From: Clostridiaceae bacterium | GTDB taxonomy: Bacteria; Bacillota; Clostridia; Acetivibrionales; DTU013 | Reading direction: 5' to 3' | Assembly: GCA_039679375.1 (NCBI GenBank) | Contig: JBDKVA010000207.1 | Location: 23,333-87,332 of the forward strand | DNA length: 64,000 nt | Shown: positions 20,065 to 29,691 of the stretch, piece after piece | Layout: each line of letters begins with the position of its first letter | Position numbering within the stretch: the stretch's first letter is position 1 | Notes under the pieces: model-generated | Told to the model about the DNA's origin: nothing | Seen by the model: only the letters and a program-made list of their open reading frames with translations | Databases searched by the model: none | Translations under genes and position numbers: made by a program

Positions 20065-20775
20065 TTACTGGCAGCTGTCGGGTTTCAATTCCTTGCTCAA
20101 TTTTTTTATGGCTTTCTTTTCTATGCGCGATACATAGGAACGGGATATTCCAAGCATACCCGCTATTTCTCTCTGTGTTTTGCTGGTGCCGTTCAGCAGG
20201 CCGTATCTCAATTCGAGTACTGTTTTCTCACGATTTTTCAGAACTGCCCTCATCTTATTGTACAGACGTTTTACCTGTATTTTTAGCTCCACCTCATCCA
20301 AAACCGAATCAGTCTCATTGCCTATCACGTCAATGAGCGTAATTTCGTTGCCTTCACGGTCAACGCCGATAGGATCGTGAAGAGACACCTCGCTCTGTAT
20401 TTTTTTTGCCGACCTGATTTGCATCAATATTTCATTTTCTATGCATCGGGCTGCATATGTCGCAAGTCTGGTGCCTTTGGAAAGGTCGAAGGTCGAAATT
20501 GCTTTTATTAGTCCGATGGTGCCTATAGAGATGAGATCGTCGCTTTCACTGCTGAAGGTACTGTATTTTTTTACAATATGAGCTACAAGGCGGAGGTTTC
20601 TCTCGATAAGTGTATTTCTGGCTTCTTCACTTCCATTCTTGTATGCCTCGATATATTTCTGTTCTTCTTCGGCAGTTAACGGTTGCGGAAATGAGTTTGT
20701 GTTAGAAACATAGCCGAATTGGAAAAAAATACTGCCGAAAATATCATTTATCAAAGTAATTAAGAAGTGCAGCAA
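20065..20775 (-). CDS. sigK: Mother-cell sporulation sigma factor pro-sigma-K, uninterrupted
   Basis: FPQPL, ERNLRLVAHIVKKY, TRLATYAARCIENEILM and ISRSYVSRIEKKA. TTG at 20775 after GGGGGTG gives a 21-aa hydrophobic pro-peptide before YVSN. Confidence 0.95.
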   Translation of the reverse strand: MLHFLITLINDIFGSIFFQFGYVSNTNSFPQPLTAEEEQKYIEAYKNGSEEARNTLIERNLRLVAHIVKKYSTFSSESDDLISIGTIGLIKAISTFDLSKGTRLATYAARCIENEILMQIRSAKKIQSEVSLHDPIGVDREGNEITLIDVIGNETDSVLDEVELKIQVKRLYNKMRAVLKNREKTVLELRYGLLNGTSKTQREIAGMLGISRSYVSRIEKKAIKKLSKELKPDSCQ

Positions 20776-20808
20776 ATTCAGCACCCCCGAAAAATTGGTC
20801 ACCATATA

Positions 20809-20838
20809 AGTATATGAGGGATTTTTAAAATAAATGCC
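20809..20838 (-). promoter_or_regulatory. Putative sigma-E/sigma-K-type promoter of sigK
   Basis: Minus strand reads GGCATTtattttaaaaatccctCATATACT, with a CATAnnnT -10 element. Confidence 0.5.
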
Positions 20839-20900
20839 TGTACATTTTTATATTTTACAGTTTTTTTCAACCGCATGTGCAAGAACATTTTCCAAAATGA

Positions 20901-20929
20901 TTGATAAATTATCTGCCGTGTGTTATACT
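20901..20929 (+). promoter_or_regulatory. sigma-A promoter of rpsB-tsf
   Basis: TTGATA-17 bp-TATACT with extended TG. Confidence 0.75.
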
Positions 20930-20944
20930 ACATAACGATTAAAA

Positions 20945-21030
20945 TACGCACACAGTTTGACGGCCGGATAAGTGCCCGAGGGTCTTTCGTCTGAATGAAA
21001 GCTGTGGTGGTATAAACTTAAGGAGGTTAT
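20945..21030 (+). promoter_or_regulatory. Probable rpsB (S2) autoregulatory leader
   Basis: About 100-nt 5' UTR with CACA...TGTGG complementary ends. S2 autoregulation through the rpsB leader is established in bacteria. Confidence 0.45.
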
Positions 21031-21035
21031 ATAAA

Positions 21036-21803
21036 ATGTCAGTTATTTCAATGAAACAGCTGCTGGAAGCCGGTGTCCATTTTGGTCATCAGACCAGGAG
21101 ATGGAATCCCAAAATGGCCGAATACATCTTTACGGAGAGAAACGGCATCTACATTATTGATCTGCAGAAAACCGTCAAAAAAGTTGAAGAGGCTTACTTC
21201 TTCATAAGGGAAATCGCCATGAACGGCGAAGACGTTCTTTTTGTAGGTACCAAAAAGCAGGCTCAGGATTCAATTAAAGAAGAAGCGGAAAGAAGCGGCC
21301 AGTATTATGTCAATGCCAGATGGCTCGGCGGCATGCTGACCAATTTCAAAACGATCCGCAAAAGAGTCGACAGGTTAAATCAAATTAACGAAATGGAAAA
21401 GAACGGTTTGTTTGAAGTATTGCCGAAGAAGGAAGTCATCAAGCTGAAAGGCGAGATGGAGAAGCTGGAAAAATACCTTGGCGGTATAAAGAACATGAAA
21501 AAAATACCGGGCGCCATGTTCGTTGTTGACCCCCGCAAAGAAAGAAATGCGATTCTCGAAGCCAGAAAGCTCGGTATACCTGTAGTAGCTATCGTTGATA
21601 CAAACTGCGATCCGGATGAGGTTGATTATGTAATACCCGGAAATGACGATGCTATCAGAGCTGTCAAGCTGATTGCATCCAAGATGGCGGAAGCGATCAT
21701 GGAAGGACGTCAGGGTGAACAGTTGTCAACTGACAATGCTGAAGCGGAAGAGAAAATAAATGAAGAAGATGCCAAAGTCGAAGAGACGGTATCAGAAGCC
21801 TGA
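21036..21803 (+). CDS. rpsB: 30S ribosomal protein S2
   Basis: [19 protein letters not shown] and [11 protein letters not shown]. Confidence 0.99.
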   Translation: MSVISMKQLLEAGVHFGHQTRRWNPKMAEYIFTERNGIYIIDLQKTVKKVEEAYFFIREIAMNGEDVLFVGTKKQAQDSIKEEAERSGQYYVNARWLGGMLTNFKTIRKRVDRLNQINEMEKNGLFEVLPKKEVIKLKGEMEKLEKYLGGIKNMKKIPGAMFVVDPRKERNAILEARKLGIPVVAIVDTNCDPDEVDYVIPGNDDAIRAVKLIASKMAEAIMEGRQGEQLSTDNAEAEEKINEEDAKVEETVSEA

Positions 21804-21960
21804 TAATGAAGCGTGCCCGGTTCCAGCCCGGACGCATGGGCGAGCAGCAGGCAAAGCCTGCGACCAGCCCCTCCCCCAACTCGGGATCGGGCACATTTTC
21901 ACGAATAAATATTGTATTGTTTAGTGAATAATATGATTATTATTGTTTGGAGGAATTTGG

Positions 21961-22608
21961 ATGATTACTGCTGAAATGGTAAAACAACTCCGCGAAAGAA
22001 CCGGAGCAGGAATGATGGATTGCAAAAAGGCTCTTACCGAAGCGGACGGTAATATAGACAAGGCTATTGAATTACTCAGGGAGAAAGGCTTGGCGGCAGC
22101 AGCAAAGAAGGCGGGCAGGATTGCAGCTGAAGGGCTTGTTGAAGCTTACATACATGGAAACGGCAGAATTGGCGTACTTGTTGAAGTCAATGTGGAAACG
22201 GATTTTGCAGCTGCCAATGATGAATTCAAGCAGCTTGTGAAGGATATTGCCATGCAGATCGCCGCGGCAAATCCTGAATATGTAAGGAGAGAAGAAGTGC
22301 CGGCGGATGTGCTCGAGAAGGAGATGAACATCCTTAGAATACAGGCCAGGAACGAAGGCAAACCGGAAAAGATCATTGAAAAAATGGTTGAGGGCAGGAT
22401 AGAAAAGTACTATAAGGAAACTTGCCTTTTGGAGCAGCCCTGGATCAAAGATCCTGACAAGACAATCAAACAGCTCGTTACGGAGAAGATAGCCGTTATA
22501 GGTGAAAACATCAATGTAAGAAGATTTGTAAGGTATGAAAGAGGAGAAGGATTGGCAAAGAAAGAAGAAAATTTTGCGGAAGAGGTAGCAAAGCAGATCG
22601 GTGGTTAA
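21961..22608 (+). CDS. tsf: Elongation factor Ts (short form)
   Basis: [16 protein letters not shown] and EVNVETDF. Confidence 0.98.
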   Translation: MITAEMVKQLRERTGAGMMDCKKALTEADGNIDKAIELLREKGLAAAAKKAGRIAAEGLVEAYIHGNGRIGVLVEVNVETDFAAANDEFKQLVKDIAMQIAAANPEYVRREEVPADVLEKEMNILRIQARNEGKPEKIIEKMVEGRIEKYYKETCLLEQPWIKDPDKTIKQLVTEKIAVIGENINVRRFVRYERGEGLAKKEENFAEEVAKQIGG

Positions 22609-22615
22609 AAAATGA

Positions 22616-22647
22616 GGGAGCATATAAATAATATGTTCCCTTTTTTT
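22616..22647 (+). terminator. Terminator after tsf
   Basis: GGGAGCATAT-aaata-ATATGTTCCC followed by T7. Confidence 0.8.
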
Positions 22648-22763
22648 GAAATGAACTATGAAATGAACTGAAAGAAAAATAAAATCTTTCGCTGTAATGA
22701 TTCATGCAGCAGGAGTTTTCGATTTGGTGTAGAACAATAATTAGGGAGTGGGGTTGGATGTGT

Positions 22764-23480
22764 ATGACGCCTAAGTACAGAAGAGTATTGATCAAGCTGA
22801 GCGGCGAAGCGCTTGCGGGAGATCAGAAGACCGGCATTGACACGGATACGCTTGGAACAATATCCGACAAGATTAGTGAAGCTTACAAGCTGGGAGTTGA
22901 AATTTCCATTGTTGTAGGCGGCGGTAATTTCTGGAGGGGAAGAAGCGGTAAGGGTATGGACAGAACTACAGCCGATCATATGGGTATGCTGGCTACTGTA
23001 ATTAATTCACTTGCACTTCAGGACGCACTTGAGTCAAGAGGTATACCGACAAGAGTCCAGTCGGCTATCGAAATGAGGCAGATTGCCGAACCGTACATAA
23101 GAAGGAAAGCTATTAAGCATCTTGAAGAAAAGAGGATTGTCATATTCGCATGTGGTACGGGAAATCCCTATTTTTCAACGGATACGGCGGCAGCACTTAG
23201 GGCGGCGGAAATTGATGCGGAAGTGATCCTGAAGGCAACGATGGTGGATGGGGTTTACAACTGCGATCCGAAGAAAAATATTGATGCTGTCAAATATGAT
23301 AAGATCACATTTGCCGACGCACTGAACAAAAGGCTTGGTGTTGTAGATGCAACAGCACTTTCACTGTGTATGGAGAATAATATACCACTCATTGTTTTTG
23401 ATTTGCTGAATTCGGAAAACATTATTAAGGTGGTATGTGGTGAGAACATAGGTACTACCATATATTCAACCCTAAAATGA
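22764..23480 (+). CDS. pyrH: UMP kinase
   Basis: [19 protein letters not shown] and [15 protein letters not shown]. Confidence 0.98.
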   Translation: MTPKYRRVLIKLSGEALAGDQKTGIDTDTLGTISDKISEAYKLGVEISIVVGGGNFWRGRSGKGMDRTTADHMGMLATVINSLALQDALESRGIPTRVQSAIEMRQIAEPYIRRKAIKHLEEKRIVIFACGTGNPYFSTDTAAALRAAEIDAEVILKATMVDGVYNCDPKKNIDAVKYDKITFADALNKRLGVVDATALSLCMENNIPLIVFDLLNSENIIKVVCGENIGTTIYSTLK

Positions 23481-23517
23481 TGATACAGGTCCAAATTTTA
23501 TACAAGGAGGTTTTAAT

Positions 23518-24072
23518 ATGGCGAATTCTTACAAAGATGTCGAAGACAAAATGATCAAAGCTTTAGGTGCTCTTAAGGAGGAACTGGCAGGATTAAGGGC
23601 GGGTAGAGCCAATCCGGCCATATTGGACAGAATAACCGTAGACTATTACGGAGTGCCGACCCCCATCAACCAGCTTGGCAGCATTTCGGTCCCGGAAGCC
23701 AGAGTTATTATTATACAGCCCTGGGACGCAAAGATATTGAAGGATATAGAAAAAGCGATACAAAAATCGGATATCGGCATCAATCCGAATAATGACGGAA
23801 AGGTCATCCGTCTTATATTCCCGGTCCTTACGGAAGAAAGAAGGAAGGAGCTTTCCAGGAATGTAAAAAAGCATGGCGAGGATGCAAAGGTTGCCATCCG
23901 GTCGATACGCAGAGATACGATAGAACATTACAAAGCGCAGAAGAAAAACAGCGAGATCACGGAAGACGATTTGAAAGACGCGGAGGACGATATCCAGAAG
24001 ATGACGGATAAATACATACTGGAAGTCGATCATATCGTAGAACTGAAAAATAAGGAAATAATGGAGGTTTAA
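23518..24072 (+). CDS. frr: Ribosome recycling factor
   Basis: LRAGRANP, LTEERRKEL and AIRSIRRD. Confidence 0.98.
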   Translation: MANSYKDVEDKMIKALGALKEELAGLRAGRANPAILDRITVDYYGVPTPINQLGSISVPEARVIIIQPWDAKILKDIEKAIQKSDIGINPNNDGKVIRLIFPVLTEERRKELSRNVKKHGEDAKVAIRSIRRDTIEHYKAQKKNSEITEDDLKDAEDDIQKMTDKYILEVDHIVELKNKEIMEV

Positions 24073-24111
24073 TCAGCAGCACAGGTGACGCCGCAAGCCG
24101 CTGGTAAAGTT

Positions 24112-24330
24112 ATGCAAATTCCTGATGTTTCCGGGCTCAGGCTAGGAAAGGCGATAGAATTGTTAAAGGCGCACGGGATCGAAAAAATAACCGTGCGGAT
24201 TACCGCTCCTCCAAGGGCGAGGGATGAAGGCTATGATGAAAACTCCAGAACGGTAAGGGAAAAGGTTCTTGACGATGGCACACTGGAACTGCTGGTGTGC
24301 AATATTGATCCAAAAAAACAAGGCTGCTGA
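24112..24330 (+). CDS. Small stand-alone PASTA-like domain protein
   Basis: 72 aa starting IPDVSGLRLGKAIELLKAHG, which fits the PASTA consensus vPdv.G.....A...L...G. Confidence 0.6.
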   Translation: MQIPDVSGLRLGKAIELLKAHGIEKITVRITAPPRARDEGYDENSRTVREKVLDDGTLELLVCNIDPKKQGC

Positions 24331-24347
24331 AACAGCCTTGTTTTTTT
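24312..24347. terminator. Bidirectional terminator overlapping the end of the PASTA gene
   Basis: AAAAAAACAAGGCTG-ctgaaa-CAGCCTTGTTTTTTT, a perfect 15-bp inverted repeat. Confidence 0.8.
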
Positions 24348-24437
24348 GAATCAGGAATAATATTTGTCTTTATCATTTTTGTTTTGTATAATATTATTGA
24401 TTTGCACTGTAAAACAAAGACAAACCGGAGGTATTCA

Positions 24438-25187
24438 ATGTGGTTTTCAGGCCGTAGCAAGCAGAAAAAGCCTGCTTTGAACGAAAAGGAAAAACTGCCC
24501 ATCCATATTGCCATTTTCATGGACGGCAACAGACGATGGGCTGCCAGACGTGGATTGCCGCCCAGTGCAGGGCACAGAGAGGGTGCAAATACACTTAAAA
24601 GAATTGTTCGGATTTGTAATGATATTGGTATCAAGTACATGACTGTCTATGCCTTGTCAACAGAAAACTGGAACAGACCAAAGGATCAAGTAGACGCTCT
24701 GATGACTCTGTTTATTGAATTTCTGAGGAATGCGGATGATGAGTTATCAGGCCAAAATATAAGAATCAAAATAATCGGTGAATCTTATAGATTGTCGGAT
24801 GAAATACTGAAGCAAATGGCCAGAGTGACCGCAAATACAAAGAATAATACAGGCTTGACTCTCGTGGTAGCTCTAAACTATGGCAGCAGGACGGAAATCG
24901 TCAACGCGGCGGTAAGATTGTCAAAGGATGTTAAAAAGGGTTTAGTAAAACCGGAAGAAGTGGATGAGACATTATTCTCAAATTATCTCTATACGGCGGG
25001 TATTCCCGACCCGGATCTTGTAATCAGGCCAAGCGGCGAATACAGGATAAGCAATTTCCTGCTATGGCAGTCCTCCTATTCGGAATTTTGGTATTCAAAC
25101 ATATTGTGGCCGGATTTTTCAAGGAAAGATCTGATTACGGCGATAGAAGATTTTCAAAAAAGAAACAGACGTTTTGGGGGCTTATAA
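24438..25187 (+). CDS. uppS: Undecaprenyl diphosphate synthase
   Basis: HIAIFMDGNRRWA, STENWNRP and RISNFLLWQ. Confidence 0.97.
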   Translation: MWFSGRSKQKKPALNEKEKLPIHIAIFMDGNRRWAARRGLPPSAGHREGANTLKRIVRICNDIGIKYMTVYALSTENWNRPKDQVDALMTLFIEFLRNADDELSGQNIRIKIIGESYRLSDEILKQMARVTANTKNNTGLTLVVALNYGSRTEIVNAAVRLSKDVKKGLVKPEEVDETLFSNYLYTAGIPDPDLVIRPSGEYRISNFLLWQSSYSEFWYSNILWPDFSRKDLITAIEDFQKRNRRFGGL

Positions 25188-26009
25188 ATGAAAGTTCGCA
25201 TCATTAGTGCAATCGTTGCCATTGCATTGCTGTCAGTGATTGTTTATCTTGGGAATCAGGCAATTGGTACGGCGGTTTTTGTTATTGCGGTAATCGGCAT
25301 GCATGAATTTTACAGGGCACTGGAAAAGGGCGGCTATAAACCGGTTTGTGCCGCAGGCTTCGCAGCCTGCCTTCCGCTGCTCTATATTGCATTTTCCAAT
25401 GTGCTGCCGGATGTTGTGGGAGCTGTTTCATTATTTAGTATATTGGCAATAGGAGTTTTTGTCTTATTGGTGCTTCTTTTTTGTTTACTTATTTTTTCGA
25501 ATGGAAAATATACCGTTTCGGACATTTCGGTAACGCTATTTGGAATCATTTATGTAGCATTCCTGTGTTCTTTCATATCCATTACACGCAACATGGAAAA
25601 CGGGTATCTGTATATCTGGCTGATTTTCATAGGAGCTTGGGCAACGGATATTTTCGCATATTTCACCGGCGTCAGCTTCGGCAGGACGAAGATACTCCCG
25701 AAGGTCAGTCCCAATAAATCTCTTGAAGGCAGTATCGGCGGTGTTGCAGGCTGTATTATGGTAATGATGCTATTCGGACTTTATTTTCATACGGCGCTTG
25801 ACGTGCCTTTATATCATTTTGCCATACTTGGCGTATTGTGCGGTATGATATCGCAGGTAGGCGACTGGGCGGCATCGGCAGTGAAGAGGGCTACGGGTAT
25901 CAAGGATTACGGCAGGATCATGCCGGGCCATGGCGGCGTGCTGGACAGGCTGGATAGTGTCATGTTTGTTGCACCGGTCGTTTATTTTTACATAATCATA
26001 TTTTTTTAA
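25188..26009 (+). CDS. cdsA: Phosphatidate cytidylyltransferase
   Basis: SPNKSLEG and KDYGRIMPGHGGVLDRLDS. Confidence 0.97.
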   Translation: MKVRIISAIVAIALLSVIVYLGNQAIGTAVFVIAVIGMHEFYRALEKGGYKPVCAAGFAACLPLLYIAFSNVLPDVVGAVSLFSILAIGVFVLLVLLFCLLIFSNGKYTVSDISVTLFGIIYVAFLCSFISITRNMENGYLYIWLIFIGAWATDIFAYFTGVSFGRTKILPKVSPNKSLEGSIGGVAGCIMVMMLFGLYFHTALDVPLYHFAILGVLCGMISQVGDWAASAVKRATGIKDYGRIMPGHGGVLDRLDSVMFVAPVVYFYIIIFF

Positions 26010-26019
26010 GGAGCAAAAG

Positions 26020-27156
26020 ATGGCAAAAAATATTGCGGTTTTGGGTTCAACAGGCTCCATAGGAGTACAGACGCTGGACGTTGCAAGGAATTTAGGCATA
26101 CGGATATGCGCGCTTACAGCAAATTCAAATATTGATCTTCTGGAAAATCAGGCAAGGGAATTCAGGCCATTGCTTGTATCTGCAGGAAATAGCGAGCTTG
26201 CACGGGAATTGGAGCAAAGGCTCAAAGGCCTTGGCATTGAGGTGCATTATGGACTTGAAGGGCTGAAGGCTGCAGCTTCCATAGGTAAGGCGGATACCGT
26301 CGTTACATCGATCGTAGGCATTGCCGGCCTGATTCCTACGATTGAAGCGATCCGGCACAACAAAAACATTGCTCTTGCCAATAAGGAAACGCTTGTCACA
26401 GCCGGCCCGATTGTAATGGCGGAGGCAGCGGCACGGGGTGTTTCCATATTTCCGGTGGACAGTGAGCACTCGGCGATTTACCAATGCCTTGCCGCCAACA
26501 GGAAGCAGGATGTCGAAAGGCTCATACTGACAGCATCCGGCGGACCCTTTAGAGGCAGGATGCCTGCTGAACTGGAACATGTCACGGTGGAGCAGGCTCT
26601 GAAGCATCCCAACTGGAGTATGGGAAGCAAGATAACGATTGATTGCGCCACGCTGATGAATAAAGGTCTTGAAGTGGTTGAAGCCCGCTGGTTGTTTGGC
26701 TTCACAACAGATAAGATCAAGGTTGTGGTACACCCGCAGAGTATCATTCATTCCATGGTGGAATATGTGGATGGATCGGTGATCGCACAGTTGGGCTCTC
26801 CCGATATGAGGATCCCCATCCAGCTCGCGCTGACCTGGCCGAAAAGGGAAACGAACCGTTTTTCAAGACTGGATCTGTTTCAATGCGGCAGCCTTACTTT
26901 TGAGGAACCTGACACGAAAACATTCCCGTGCCTCGCCCTTGCATATGAGGCTTTGAAGGCGGGCGGCACCATGCCTGCAGTCATGAACGGTGCAAATGAA
27001 GCTGCCGTAGGGCTTTTTCTGAATGGCAAAATAGGATTTTGCGATATACCAAGAAAGATCGAGAAGGCTATGCAGTCACATAAAGTGAATACAATGCCGG
27101 GTCTTGATGATATAATAGAAGTAGACAAATGGGTAAGAAGAGAGGTATGCATATGA
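26020..27156 (+). CDS. dxr: 1-deoxy-D-xylulose 5-phosphate reductoisomerase
   Basis: LGSTGSIG, LANKETLV, PVDSEHSA and HPNWSMGSKITID. Confidence 0.98.
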   Translation: MAKNIAVLGSTGSIGVQTLDVARNLGIRICALTANSNIDLLENQAREFRPLLVSAGNSELARELEQRLKGLGIEVHYGLEGLKAAASIGKADTVVTSIVGIAGLIPTIEAIRHNKNIALANKETLVTAGPIVMAEAAARGVSIFPVDSEHSAIYQCLAANRKQDVERLILTASGGPFRGRMPAELEHVTVEQALKHPNWSMGSKITIDCATLMNKGLEVVEARWLFGFTTDKIKVVVHPQSIIHSMVEYVDGSVIAQLGSPDMRIPIQLALTWPKRETNRFSRLDLFQCGSLTFEEPDTKTFPCLALAYEALKAGGTMPAVMNGANEAAVGLFLNGKIGFCDIPRKIEKAMQSHKVNTMPGLDDIIEVDKWVRREVCI

Positions 27157-28445
27157 ATCTGGTTATGGCTTTTATCGCCTTTAATATTATTATAATCGTA
27201 CATGAACTGGGACACTTTTTAACGGCAAAAAAATTCGGCATCAAAGTTCTTGAGTTTTCATTGTTTATAGGACCCAAACTTTTCAGCTTTCAGAAAGGGG
27301 ATACCACATATTCTCTAAGGCTTATCCCTTTATTGGCCTATGTAAAGATGGAAGGGGAGGAAGAGTTCTCAGACAGTGAATCGGCTTTCTGCAAAAAACC
27401 CAAACATGCCCGTGCGTTGACCGCCTTCGGAGGACCCTTTGCCAACCTGCTGCTGGCGGCTGTGCTTCTGACGGTATATTTTACGATACAGGGATATGAT
27501 ACGACAAAAGTAAGCCGTGTAGCGGAAAATTTACCTGCCGCGGCCGCGGGGATCCAGCCGGGTGACAAAATTTTATCGTATGATGGCAAAAGAGTGTACC
27601 AACCAATGGATATATACCAGTTTTTGTACATTTCCAAAGGTGTTCCGGCAAAAGTTGAGTATATAAGGGATGGTAAAAGGTATACCGAAACGATAAAACC
27701 CTATATTATACCGGCTGCTGTCGCACCGAAGCTGGGCGTCAGCATCGGTTCGGAAAATGATGCTGATTCGAACGTGATAAAGGCATTGTCGCCTGGCTAC
27801 CCTGCCGAGAAAATTGGCTTGCAGGTAGGAGACAGGATCATTGCGCTCAATGATACCGAAATAAAAACAGCAAGGGAATTGGTGGACTTTGTCACACAAA
27901 ACGGCCTCAAGCCTATCATTTTGAAGGCAATCCGGGGCAATTCGGAAGTGAACGTAAAAATCACGCCGGTAGAAGTCAAGAGCCAGGAAATGTATGATAT
28001 CGGCATGGACTTTATTTTAAAAAAGGCAGGCTTCTTTGATGCTCTTGGAGAATCCGCCGTATTTACCTGGTCGATTGTACGGAGTACAGGCTACAGTCTG
28101 GTCTGGCTGATTAACGGGCAGGCGAAGCTGAACGAAATGATGGGGCCGATCGGAATGGTAAGCACCATTGGCACGGTTGTCGAACAAGCACCGAATGTGG
28201 TTCAAATGCTGCTTAATATTATATACATGACCGCATTGTTCAGCATTGCTTTAGGCGCAACCAACCTGCTGCCATTTCCGATGCTCGACGGAGGAAGACT
28301 GGTACTAATTGGCTTAGAAGCTGTAAGAGGGAAGCCTCTCAGCCAGAAAAAGGAAGCCTATATTTCAATGGTCGGATTTGTACTGATCATTTTACTTGGC
28401 ATCTATGCTGCTTATAACGACATCGTAAGGCTTGTGACAGGATAG
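27153..28445 (+). CDS. rseP: RIP metalloprotease RseP/RasP (M50, two PDZ domains)
   Basis: HELGH, NLLPFPMLDGG and two PDZ-like segments. Confidence 0.95.
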   Translation: MNLVMAFIAFNIIIIVHELGHFLTAKKFGIKVLEFSLFIGPKLFSFQKGDTTYSLRLIPLLAYVKMEGEEEFSDSESAFCKKPKHARALTAFGGPFANLLLAAVLLTVYFTIQGYDTTKVSRVAENLPAAAAGIQPGDKILSYDGKRVYQPMDIYQFLYISKGVPAKVEYIRDGKRYTETIKPYIIPAAVAPKLGVSIGSENDADSNVIKALSPGYPAEKIGLQVGDRIIALNDTEIKTARELVDFVTQNGLKPIILKAIRGNSEVNVKITPVEVKSQEMYDIGMDFILKKAGFFDALGESAVFTWSIVRSTGYSLVWLINGQAKLNEMMGPIGMVSTIGTVVEQAPNVVQMLLNIIYMTALFSIALGATNLLPFPMLDGGRLVLIGLEAVRGKPLSQKKEAYISMVGFVLIILLGIYAAYNDIVRLVTG

Positions 28446-28521
28446 GAAGCCTGAGAGTCTGCCGGAAACTCCCGGGAGCGCCAATGCTGTGAGTGAAAAG
28501 GCTGTGAGCATATCGCATGTA

Positions 28522-28566
28522 AAGGGCAGATAAGAGAAGGACAGATAAGAGAAGGACAGATAAGAG
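28522..28566 (+). repeat. Three tandem 15-bp repeats AAGG(G/A)CAGATAAGAG
   Basis: Copies at 28522, 28537 and 28552, read directly. Confidence 0.9.
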
Positions 28567-28573
28567 GTTGATT

Positions 28574-29635
28574 ATGGAGAATTTTATAAATAGAAGGAAA
28601 ACCAGAAAAATACGTGTCAGAGATCTCTATATGGGGGGCGACGCTCCGATCACGGTTCAATCCATGGCAAATACGGATACCAGGGATGTAGCAGCCACGG
28701 CGGCACAGATCAAAAAGCTGGAGGAAGCAGGCTGCGATATCATCAGGGTAGCTGTTCCGGACAATGAGGCTGCACAGGCGCTAAAGGAAATTAAGAAAGC
28801 AATAAAAATACCTCTGGTGGCGGATATCCATTTTGACTACAGGCTTGCGCTGGCCAGCATGGAAAACGGTGCGGATAAAATACGCCTGAACCCCGGAAAC
28901 ATCGGCGGCAGCGACAGAGTGAAAAAGGTCGTTGAGATGGCAAAACAAAGAAGCATTCCAATCCGGATCGGTGTAAATTCAGGCTCGCTGGAGAAGCATA
29001 TCCTGGAGAAATACGGCGGCGTTACAGCGGAAGGCATGGTGGAAAGTGCGCTGGGACATGCCGGGATGCTGGAGACTTACGGCTTTGATGATATTGCGTT
29101 TTCACTCAAATCCTCAAGCGTACTCATGACGATAGAAGCATACAGGCTGATGGCTCAAAGGACGGATTACCCTCTGCATATCGGTGTAACAGAAGCGGGG
29201 ACGCTGTTTGCGGGAACGGTAAAGTCCGCTGTCGGTCTTGGATGTCTTTTAGCGGAAGGGATCGGAGATTCGATCAGAGTGTCGCTCACAGGTGATCCGG
29301 CAGAAGAGGTTAAGGCAGGAATAGAGATTTTGAAAGCACTTGGCCTCAAAAAGTCGGGAATAGAATTTGTTTCCTGTCCTACATGCGGACGAACCAGGAT
29401 CGATCTGATCAAAGTTGCGAACGAAGTAGAGCAGAAGCTGTCGAAGTGTGACAAGCATATCCGTGTTGCTGTAATGGGCTGCGCGGTGAACGGCCCCGGT
29501 GAAGCTCGTGAAGCCGATATTGGAATAGCTGGCGGCGACGGGGTGGCGCTGCTTTTTAAAAAAGGTGAGATCATCCGGAAAATACCGCAGGACAGGATCG
29601 TAGAAGAATTGCTTGCAGAAATAGAGAAGCTTTAA
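28574..29635 (+). CDS. ispG: HMBPP synthase (GcpE)
   Basis: [25 protein letters not shown] and [10 protein letters not shown]. Confidence 0.98.
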   Translation: MENFINRRKTRKIRVRDLYMGGDAPITVQSMANTDTRDVAATAAQIKKLEEAGCDIIRVAVPDNEAAQALKEIKKAIKIPLVADIHFDYRLALASMENGADKIRLNPGNIGGSDRVKKVVEMAKQRSIPIRIGVNSGSLEKHILEKYGGVTAEGMVESALGHAGMLETYGFDDIAFSLKSSSVLMTIEAYRLMAQRTDYPLHIGVTEAGTLFAGTVKSAVGLGCLLAEGIGDSIRVSLTGDPAEEVKAGIEILKALGLKKSGIEFVSCPTCGRTRIDLIKVANEVEQKLSKCDKHIRVAVMGCAVNGPGEAREADIGIAGGDGVALLFKKGEIIRKIPQDRIVEELLAEIEKL

Positions 29636-29691
29636 TTACGCGGGCGATGGGTCATCGCCCCTACCTAACATAATATAAGGGGAATGTACAA

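Noticed and set aside
22647-22669. Direct repeat TGAAATGAACT x2 after the tsf terminator
   Set aside because: Short, AT-rich and seen only once, so it cannot be told apart from a local duplication.
28522-28566. Mini-CRISPR array
   Set aside because: The 15-bp repeats are contiguous and have no spacers.
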